From Ruditapes philippinarum (taxonomy: Eukaryota): DNA of 64,000 nucleotides. A program made the position numbers and the translations under genes. Below, piece after piece: positions 50,301 to 61,292 of the stretch. Location of the stretch: assembly GCF_026571515.1 (NCBI RefSeq), contig NW_026866931.1, positions 1-64,000 on the forward strand, read 5' to 3'. The number at the start of each line of letters is the position of its first letter. The first letter of the stretch is position 1. A model generated the notes under the pieces. It saw only the letters and a program-made list of their open reading frames with translations. It made no database searches and was not told where the DNA came from.

Positions 50301-53300
50301 AGTTATCACGACATACTTAACAAAGGTTTTTCAAATATTCATCCAGTGTTATAAACAGACGATCACTAACATTATGTCAAGCTACTGACCTTACAACAAA
50401 TGTCAAACAATGTCATTGTCTTTGCAAAAGTACGGTATTTTTTCTGCCTAAATACTCGTAAAATGTAGATAATACTAATACACTAAGATATTTAAGACGT
50501 TGAATTAACATGTGACGTCATAAGCATTTCTAATTAAGTATCACGTGTCATTTGCATAACTTTTCATCATTATCTTTCTTTTGTCATTTTTTTATTGTTT
50601 TCTACACTACATGATGATCGGGAGTGATAAGATCATGATTTGATTGTAGTGATCGTAGTTAAACCAAACAAGCCATCACATTTGGCTCAGTTTGTAGCAA
50701 CATGTTTGGATAAAAAAAGTTTAAAAGTGTTATAATGATATAATGTAATTTTCTTTTAAAGTGCAGCATGTAATATTTGGTGTTTGTACGGACTTATAAA
50801 CAGGACAGACAGACAACTAACAAGAATTATATAAGATTACTTTTAGACTTGAGACATATTACAGATTTACATACAAAGGTTCATGTTCCGGTTATGTCCT
50901 ATAAACAAAAAGTTCAAGCATAGTATGTAAGCAAATAGAAACATGGGAATAATATCAGTTATGATATAATGTAATTAATTCTAGCAAAATGTCTTGATTT
51001 CGAAATCTGTTCAATATTTATTCGATTAGACAGCTGAATAAAGTCAACGAAACAAGCCGGTTATATTACATGAAATGTTTATGTTATTATAATTGGCTTT
51101 ACAAGTAATAATACTTAAATTAACGCTGGTTTAAGACATTTGAAATTAAAGCAATATCATTGTTGCTAGTACAATTCATATTTAAATGATCAATTTTTCT
51201 TCTAGTATTAGAAGTTAATTATCTTCAAGTATTAATGAATATTGGTTATCATGAAATGACTCTTCTCTAAACCATGTTCTCTTTGTTTATGAAATTATTT
51301 AACTCTTCACAATTATGCCATCATATTTATTCTCATGCTTCGTCGGGGAATAGATAGGCAGTTCACTGCATTATGAACAAATCCAATTAATGTGTATATC
51401 GCATCATTTAATGGGATTATAAAACAATGATCAGACTATTATAAGAATAATTAGATTTTGCGTTCAAGAAATATACCCGTATCTGATTTTAATGTATTAA
51501 GTACGAAGACATATTTAGATTGTCTACTTCAGATACTGTTTAAAATTAGATTTAAATGACACATTATGCAATGTTCGCAATTGTACATCCATTCATGTGT
51601 ACACAACCTCATATAAACATAATGGTTCAGTAAACATAAATCTTTATTAACAAATTTACTAAGCAAGTATAATAATAAAACTGCAAAAGGGAATGCAGGT
51701 TCAGCTTAATTATGTTGGTGGATCAGATATATTTTCTAAAATTAAAAACAAGTGTAAGTAAGACAAAATGGATAATTTCAGAAATTTCGAACAAATCCAA
51801 TACACAACAGGTGAAGTAGCAATTGCTAATATAGAAATCTGAAATATACCAGATTTGCTTCTTTTTGTCACCAATTTTGTATTATGTAAGCAAGTTCACA
51901 AGCATCAAAAAGATTTATGACTTAGTATTTCGATACTAGTACATGTAACTTAGCGTTTAAATTGTAGAAAAGAAAGATCAACAAAAAAGAGCAAATGTCA
52001 CTGATGGTAGGTCTTAACGACATCTAGCCACCCAGGACCTCCGGTAAGGCAGTCGGATGGGCAGCGAACATTAAAATACGGAATAATGGGCGGTGCAATG
52101 AGAGAGAGAGGATACAAATACATGTTAATAATTAAGTAAAACAGCGTTTCAATTTTAAATTATATAAATGAAAATATTAACGAGGATTAATTTTTAATTC
52201 AGAATAAAGTATTTTTTAAATATTCAAAGAACAAAATTATATAAAAATTAAACTAGTCTCCACAATATGCAAATGATTAACATATGAAATGTTGTGGTTG
52301 AAATAATTATATTCTAAGTTAGTTTTAAAGTGTGCAAAAAATATTTTTACACTTAACCATTTGAACCAACTTAAAACATTCTTAACTTCCTGTATTTTTA
52401 CCAACTTATGATCAATGGTGATATTTCATATCAAATATCTCAATTTAACACTTAGCCAATTGAAGCGAACAATTGGTTCTATGTGTTCCACTCAAAACCA
52501 TGTTTGTGTATGAATTAAATAAGATGGTAGTTTTGATCCTTTTTTCTTCACTTTAAGATAGAAAATGAAAAAAACTTATTTCCGGAAATAATATTTACTA
52601 ATGATTTTCTTACTACACACCAAATTACTCTCCCCAAGCTTTACAAGTCGTGTTGTGCTAAAACAACAAAAATATTGCTCATTGCCACCTATCGCACTAC
52701 TACTTGCTTTCACTATAATAATGCAAGACATATTCAGTATAATGTCTTTAAATGATTGATTTACGGAAAAATACCTTTACTTAAATATTGATGAAAGTTG
52801 TCAGTTCTGGCAAAATTCATTAGAGTAATGTTCTCTGTCAATTTTAACCTTAATCATGCTAAAAGACAACTTGTTTTTATAACAACTTGAATTAGAACGG
52901 GGTGATCAATGCGATAGTTATACCATCAACGTACCCTTAACCCGACGTTACAATTTGGCATTGAAAACAGCAGAACATGACGTATTTAATTATCAATATA
53001 TGTGTCCATATGGTTGTGAACATGTTACTTTTAACGGGACACTTTCGTGTTGTTTCGCGTAAAGCAACGTATGAGCAACGTATGTTTAAAATGTGTACGA
53101 AATAAGCAAATGTCAGGAGGAAGTCTGAAGTGATTAAATGAATGCAAACATTTTTACTCAAATTTAACACAGGAAACCAGTAATATTCAATATTTTTAAC
53201 AGCCTGACTTTATACTTTTATATCAGCCAATTTGCGTGTCTATAAACAATTCCTTGCTCAAGATTTAGTCGCAAAAATGTCGTAACAGTTTTATACAGTC

Positions 53301-55584
53301 TTTTTTCTCTATTTATTTCGTAAAGTTTTATTAATTTGTAAATAGCAGACAATTTATGAGAGGAAACAGGCCTAATTCAAGTTTATCTCGGTATTAAGTT
53401 ATGCAATAGGTTAACCAATATAAAAATGGAAGACCTTGTAGATAAAGTATGCTTTTTCCTTATGTTTAATTGCACTAAAGACTAGGAGAAAAAGTCTGAC
53501 ATAATTATCTTATTGCAACTGATGTAAGTATTATGCACAACCTTTTATACCTTTACGAGGAACAATTTTTATATAACGATTAAAAATAAGATAATTCCTT
53601 AATTACTCTGTTTCCGTCTATCAGATTTCAGTATATTTCTTGTCGTATATATGATGTTGAATTGTTTTCAAATGTTCAAATGATAAGTAATTAAGGGTTA
53701 CTTGTTCAAATGAATTGCTTGTATGGTATACAGTGTATAATGACAATGGATTTGCAAATACTTCGGCAGTATTCCTAAGTGAAATGTTGTTTTACATAAC
53801 GTTATTATACAATTTATTTCTAATAATTAAAATATTATATGTTCATGTTATGATTATCGCAGTATCTTAATTGTACAATGAAGACGAATTAGAGTGGGTC
53901 AGCTTTTTATCATGAAAAAGCATTCATAAACAAGCAAAGCCCTTGGCTCACAACTGCACATACTGACCAACATTTCGACACAAACTAAATTAATCTACAC
54001 GCGAAACCCGATGTTCAACCTTCACATGCTGATCACCATTCCTGTAAAGTATTTTGACTCTAGCTAAAGCACTTTAAGAGATATATTTGACACAACATTT
54101 TGGAACAGACGGACGGACGCACGCACAGACAAAGACAAATCTAAATGCTCCCGCCCACCTGCAGAGTTTGGGCATGAAAATCAAAATTTAAAAGTCATAT
54201 TAATAAATATAGGTTTGTGTTGAAAGCTAAACCCTTTTTGGCTTGCAGCCACGGCTGCAAGCCATTTCATTTGGAAAACTTGTTCCGGTTAGGTGGTTTC
54301 CTGCTTACATCTGTTGGTGCATGATTGAACGGGAAACCAGCTGCAATCGTGCCAATCGCAACTTTTCGGCCTTTTCCGTCACTCTTCCAATTAATGATAA
54401 TAGCCGATGTATTTCCGATTGCAATCGTGACGATTCGGGCGATTCCGTCATACCGCAGAATCAGACGAAGTAATATTACGGAAATCTAAGCTATTTTAGT
54501 TACTTCGGTAATCCCAGTTTGTTTATATAAATAGGATTTCTATTTTTACTTGATTTATCGGTTTAAACCGTAATAAATTATAAACGAAATTGTTCCGTTT
54601 CAATTGTTTTTCAAGACGCAAAAGTTAGTTTCTTTTATAATTGTTTTTTGTCTGTATTAGTTTTATACAATAGAGAATGGTGACTGTAGTAGTATTCCGT
54701 CTTCAAAGGGTGGTCCTGCTTACCAAATCACGCATGATCGAGTTATATTTAGATCTACTGAACGCAATTCAACTTCTTGGTGAGGTAAAAATCTAAAAAT
54801 AGCCCATGCATATCATTAACATTGCCACGTGCTGATCTACAGATAGCGCATCGTCTATTTGTGATCGTGTAACATAGTTGATACATGCTTATTAATTGGT
54901 ACCACGTAACGAAGTATTTTAGTGCATTTACTTGTCTATAAAGCAAAGGAATGATTTCGCTGCGAAAAAGGGGAAATGAAATGTGCACACTTGTTTTTCT
55001 TCAGTATCACGTTAGTATTTTTACGATATTAGTTTTATACAATAGAGAATAGATTTCAAATCGTTTTGACAAAAAGTATTCGGTTTTCCAAAAAAAACCA
55101 AAAAAAACCAACTACCGTAATTCAAAAAATGTGATAATAAATTGAAACCAAAAAAAAAAAAACAATTTTAAAGGGTTGGGATGAAGGCACAACTGTGCAA
55201 GCCTTTCCTTTTAAAAGGAAACTTTATTGGAAAATAAGATCAACATGAAAGGGCGGCATTAAATGAATGCACCCAACTCGCCTGGTTCAGTTAAGATAGC
55301 CAACATTTAACCTAAGTACCAGATTGGTATACGAGATTCCTTTGCACCTTGTGGCTGAAGGGTAGAATTGCAGCCACTGTTTATCCGTACTTGATCGCAA
55401 GAGGTGACTAAATGGGTTCGAAAACTGGAGTCTATGCATCTCTTAGTTTAAGCAGATGAGGTGGTTATGACCTCTGGTGTTGCTTTGAAGTTTTTAACAC
55501 CCGAGGTGAGCAAAAATTATCTTTCCTGTTTCGGCGCCATATGTCCTGTATTTGTTGATAAGTCAAAGAATATTTTTTCTGATA
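47371..55584 (+). repeat. Tandem segmental duplication, unit 1 (~8.2 kb)
   Basis: 47371-52856 aligns colinearly and near-identically with 55585-64000 (offset 8214 at the start). The rest of the second unit would lie beyond the window. Confidence 0.92.
53928..54180 (-). mobile_element. Short HINE-like element
   Basis: AAACAAG terminus, a single monomer, CAGACGGACGGACGCACGCACAGAC microsatellite and ATGCTCC..GGGCATGAAAA palindrome: the mirror image of the HINE layout. Confidence 0.65.
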
Positions 55585-58500
55585 TTTGATGTATTGAAAT
55601 ATTTTTATTTTAGAGTTTAAGGGAATTTTCGATGTTTTTTCTTCCACTAAATTCGTAAAGTACAAACTCGTCAAGGCTAGCCGGCATAACTTCAATCTGA
55701 TTGAGGATTCCTTATTTAGTAATAAATAGATGATGCACAGAATTGAATCTATACCAAGATCGACTGACTATACCTAAAAGTCAAATTGATCTTCAACCTA
55801 GAACTACAAAATAGCTCTAAAAGATGAGCGCAAAAATGTTTCTTCACCTATTTATTCAAGTTGATTTGATGCAAAACGAGAACATATAGGTTAATTTGGA
55901 TTTTGTAATATTAAGATCATATTGTTTAGCGTCTAGACTGTTTGGGAGAGAAGTTTTTCTCTGATTAATTATCTTTATTTTGCACAGTACAATTTCACGA
56001 AGTGCAGACAAAATGTAGCTAATGATTCTCAAATTCCCCGTATATTCCCTCAAACAATTGCTGTTGACTGTGTTTTGCGGATGTTTAGCTTGAAAGCAAG
56101 CGTAAGATTATGCACAATGTGGCTTGATAGGGTAAAATAGAAAAAAGGGAATCCCTGTAAAACGCACAAAAGACCAAATTACTGCAGGCTAGGTTTGATT
56201 CAGCCTGCTTATGGACGGTTCAGAAAAAGTGCAAGTTACCGTCCACGCCCACCCAAACATGAAAATGGTGAAATTTCGAACTTTGAAACATACGCAGATG
56301 TGTTTATACCGATCTTAATTTGGAATCTTCAATGTCGATGTGACACGTTTGCGCTATTTCATGAAATACGGTGTATGACCACCAAGTAAAAGAATGCATA
56401 TGCCCTAAACGAGAAAACAATGGGTGGAACTACATAAAATGATATGAAAGGGAATCAGGGGTTATAATGCCTGCATATTACAGATAAAAGGTCAAAAGAC
56501 AAATTGGAAAAGCAGGTAACATATCCATAGGATGATTATGCACAATTAAAGTAGGAATACTATAACCACCAAACTAAAAAACAATCCAATAAGAGGAACT
56601 AAAAGTACCAAAAACCGTTCACACACAACAGTTCTGTCATGTCGACAAAATATAACATCTTTGATAATATGTACTGAGCGACTTTTTACGACCTCCGCAC
56701 GGCACAAAAAAAAAACGCTGATATTATGACTATAAAATAGAAACGCAAAAAAAAACGGCAAAATTGAAAATGTTGCAGGATCGTTAGAATACGTCTTGTG
56801 TGGCTTCAAAGTGTGTGGCTGCGTTTTGTGTTGTTTGTGTCTAGAAACAGTTTAGTGTTTTTTTAAGATGTTTATTTTAATCAATATATTATTCGTGCGT
56901 ACAGAAAGGGTTTGTTTGAGCTCAGACATACAAGGCCATATGCAACAACACATCAAATGCTAATTTGTTGCAGCACTAATAATGTTTTGATATGAAATTT
57001 TGATTACAGAGCGCTTATAAAGGATGTTTTTATGTTACCTAGATTATCCCATGTAATTATCGAGCATACTTATCAAAATCATCACTTCTTACATTCTTAT
57101 ATTAGAAGTCAGACAATATCCTTGTATATTCATAATTGACATTTGAAATATATTGAAATATATTATATTATCAGTTTTCTTTTTAACTGAAAGTGAGATT
57201 TCCGACTTCTATAAAATGCCTCGTGTATATTTGGATTTTTTCGCAAAAGCTTCATTTTTTAAGATGTATTTCCCGCTCTAGAGTACGAGAGAGTATGCAA
57301 AGACATTTAAATAATGAAATTAAGACAAAATGACTACACATTTCTCTGCAAGAAATGGTATTAAATGAATTGACACAGATATGTAATTATAGTATTTAAA
57401 GTTATGATGTAGTTTTTTATTTGGTTGACTCTGTCTAAGGAGTAAATAGATACTTTGGTTAATTTGAAGTTAAAAATCATGGAACATAATTGAAAATTCG
57501 ATTACCGACAATGCCTTACATATCACTCAATAAAAATGAGTTTGTTTCTCAATTTGAACATTTTCTTAGACGTATATATTTAACCTGTCAATAAAATAGT
57601 TGACTCGAAGGTTACATTATAAGTGGCATACACAATGCCGTAAGGATTCATGCAGTAAAAAAAGACAGAGAAATCCAAATCATACAAAACGAATGTAAGA
57701 CAATTAGGTGAGGTTAAAACTATTCTGATAGGTTTTAATATAAGAGATAACAACAAACTGCGAAAGAATTATGCAAGGAAACTGTTGGCAAGTGTGAAAT
57801 ACATGATAAAGTATTTCATATATTCATGATTAACTTTGTATTTAAGTATTTGGCACTTCTTCATTCTATATAACAAGAACACACTTAGACTGAAGCATTA
57901 ATGTGATAATTGGTCTTTTCAAAAGTTAAGTTTACGAAATGAGTAAATTGATATTTCTTCAGCTCATATATAAATCCAATTATATGGGTATAAATTATTC
58001 ATTTTTTTTAAATTATGATCATTAAGGTCCCGAGAAGCTTTTGAATAAATTGGTTTCATTGGAAAGGAAATGGATAATTGAATAATATAACAAAACAACA
58101 ACAACAACAAAAAAAAAACGTTTCATGTTTTTGAACAAAATATTATGACATAAGTGTATGTTATACTTTGATTACAGTGCTTTCAATCATCATGATGTTA
58201 CACATTTTCTATCAACAATGCGCTCAAATCTATCAGATCAACCTTAATCTTTTGTTATCTCATGATCATTTGGTTTTTAAAAAGTAAAATAAAGTGACAT
58301 ACTTTAGACAAAAATCATACCTAAAATTTATTGATAGGAAATGTATTTATTTTAAAACATCCTGAAACTTATTGCATAAATTGAAGATTCTTTGAATGTT
58401 GCTGTGCAATGCCGATATGTCGTAACAGTGTTTCAGAATGAAGATCAACTTCACTTGCAAGTAAGTTAGTGTGCTGTTTACAAAACAACTGGTAATAAAG

Positions 58501-59914
58501 TGATTTTTTGTGTAGCAATAAATCTTTTGAAAGAGGTACGAATCTGGCAATAACATTGATTTATTACAGTTGGTAACTATATATTTTGTGTGCATATAGA
58601 CAATGAAATGACTGTTATGAACATATAAACAACTGAAAGCAATGTAAGATATTTTGTTATGTATTAAATAAGTACAAACAACATAGTTGCATACTCTTAT
58701 AAATACTTTATCATTCAAGTAATTCTTAGATAGTCATAATATATGTCATTTCAGCTCGTCTATTCGAAGATGGTGTAGATGTTATTGAGGATCCTCAATG
58801 TGTACTATCCTTATCTTCATTGATAATAATCTCGGCTATTGTCCATTAGTTATAATATTCAAATGATAAAATAAAGTAATTGGATTTGTACGAGCGGCCG
58901 TGCTCCCCCGCTCCCCCAATTATGAATCAGATTGCTAAGTGTTTTGATGTTCTTTCTCTTTTGTATTTTAGCCAAAAATAAAAACACGTTCCCTGGTGTC
59001 ACAATATTAAATCCCATAATAAATGAACCAATATACGAACATCTGAATATGTTTTGTTCTATCAATATCTCTTTTCTTAACATTTACTAAGTAATTAAAC
59101 ATATTATTTATGTCGTCATTTGTCAGGAAATATCGATAGCTGTGTATTAGAGGGTTATCACGACATACTTAACAAAGGTTTTTATTTGTTTGGGTCGTCA
59201 GACCAAACAAATAATGGTAGCGAAATTTCAGAGTCTAATGTTGTTAATTGCAAATGCCGAAAGTAGTCCACTTTTTTGAAGCGGTTACTTCCCTTTCGTA
59301 TGTACACTAAAGCCGAAAAATTCAGGGGAGATCACTGCGTAAAGATGGTCAAAGACAGGCGCATCAATTTTCAAACAAAGTAATTCCCGAATGGTCGAAG
59401 ATTTCTAATATGTTTTATTGTATTTTCTGATCGAAAATAACTAAATACAAAGCGGACATTCAATCTCTGACACAGAAGTTTACGACAAACCTAACAACAA
59501 GTAGTTCTCAAAACAGCTTAAAACTAGCGATTTAAAAGAAAGAAATATTTTATTTTGTTACAAGTATCCAACAAATTACAACGCATTTAAAGTTAAACAA
59601 TAGCGTTGGCTTATAGAATTGTCAATAAATGCACAATCACAAATTACGCGGATGAATATGATTGTATCAATGAAAATACTATTTTTAGCCATGTAGATTA
59701 CCGAATACTACACAAACCGAGTAGTGGAATATATAGATTCTACATGTCGGACTGTTTGGGCGAGAGGATTTTCGCTTAAATATTTACTTCAATTTTAAAC
59801 AACAGGTTTACCCTGAACAAAATACCTCGAAATTAATAAGGATTACAAACCTGGATGCAATGGAAGTTCTAAATTTAGAATGACTTGATATTATTCAGAC
59901 ATTCTGTGTATAAC

Positions 59915-59987
59915 TTCTCCGTGGTACAGTGGTAACGCGCTCGCTTAGTGAGTGAGAGGTCTCGAGTTCGAATCCCAGTCGAGGAAA
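59915..59987 (+). pseudogene. tRNA-like cassette 1 (Pro-type body, anticodon position AGT)
   Basis: A box TGGTACAGTGG, CTCGCTTAGTGAGTGAG arm, B box GAGTTCGAATCC, acceptor stem TTCTCCG/CGAGGAA (6 of 7 pairs), T-run at 59990. Confidence 0.6.
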
Positions 59988-60377
59988 TATTTTTTTTTTG
60001 TTAAATTCTTTTTTTAAGTGTTTTTGTTAAGGAAGTAGCCATGATTTACAAGGATAAAGTGTGGCTGTCGTAAAAAAAGTACATAAATGATTTTTTGATG
60101 CAACTCTAGTTATGCAGAATTCCGTATGTGCCTTACAAAATGAATTATAATACATAAAAATAAACTTATACAGGAAAATGCATACAGATATACAGTACGA
60201 TTTAGATTGCAAAGATCAGAAAATACCACAGAACTTGCAGCCCTTTGATTCTTTATAAATATACATGCTTGTAGTAAGCTTCAGGATTACTTACGTCTGT
60301 GTTGAACAACAGTTAAAAGTCATTACAAGCCCTAATTTAGAATAATATGGTTTTCTTCAGGCCGTTCACATATAAAT

Positions 60378-60451
60378 TTAACCGTGGCTGAAGGGTTTTC
60401 GGGCTCGCTTAGGAAGCGAGAGGTCTGGAGTTCAAATCCCAGTAAAGGTAA
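60378..60451 (+). pseudogene. tRNA-Pro(AGG)-like cassette 2
   Basis: TGGCTGAAGGG, CTCGCTTAGGAAGCGAG, GAGTTCAAATCC, then a T7 run. Confidence 0.6.
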
Positions 60452-61218
60452 CTCATTTTTTTAAATTGTTAAAGTCAAATAAACATTGGATCGAATATCA
60501 GTGTTGCAATGAGTCTTATAGCCAATTTACTACAATTAAAACGCTGGAAAGCATTGGTGGCACTAAACATATAATCTCACAACCTGCACCTTTCTTATAT
60601 TCTGAGACCCAAACAAATTCAGCGCCTTCTGTGCTTTGATTGTATTTTCTGATCGTAAGATCAGTAAATACATAGCTAACATCCACGGTCTAACACAAAA
60701 TTTCCTCACAGTCCTAACAACGCAAAGTAGTTCTCTCTCAAAACTGCTTAAAAACCAGCAATTTAAAAGAAAGAATATTTTTTAATGTAGGCATTTAACG
60801 AATTACAGTGCATTAAAAGTTTAAATTAGGCAATAAAAATATGAGGTTACAATCACAAATTTCGCGGATGAATATCTTTTTTACCCAATGAAAAATGTTC
60901 GGCTATTTCCGTAAAGCTTTGGATTATCATGAATATCATTTTAATCAATGAAAATGCTATTTTTAGCTATGCCGATTACCGAATACTCCAGAGCGTAGTA
61001 CACAAATAAATCTGACTGTCGAGTAGTGGAATACATATATACATGTCGGACTGTTTTGGCGAGAAGATTTTCGATAAATTATTTTCATCAGTGTTAAACA
61101 ACACGTTTATCGTGAACAAAATACCTCGAAATTAATAAGGATTACAAACACGAAATGGAAATTCTCAATTTAGAATTACATAATGTATTCGTTTTTATTC
61201 AAGGTACATATGTATAAT

Positions 61219-61292
61219 TTCGCCGTGGTGCAAGGGTAAGCGGTCTCGTTGAGGGTGTGAGAGGCTTATGGTTCAAATCCTAGTCGAGGCAA
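61219..61292 (+). pseudogene. tRNA-like cassette 3 (degenerate Pro-type)
   Basis: TGGTGCAAGGG, CTCGTTGAGGGTGTGAG, GGTTCAAATCC, then a T8 run. Confidence 0.55.

Noticed and set aside
51993-52072. Hammerhead ribozyme (GTC..CTGATG..CGAAC)
   Set aside because: No stem I, CTGATGG instead of CTGANGA, and GAAC instead of GAAAC.
47704-59083. ORFs recurring in both duplication units (e.g. 47704-47958/55856-56053, 49660-49854/58347-58718)
   Set aside because: Recurrence reflects recent duplication. Frames and stops differ between copies, and composition is typical of random AT-rich ORFs.
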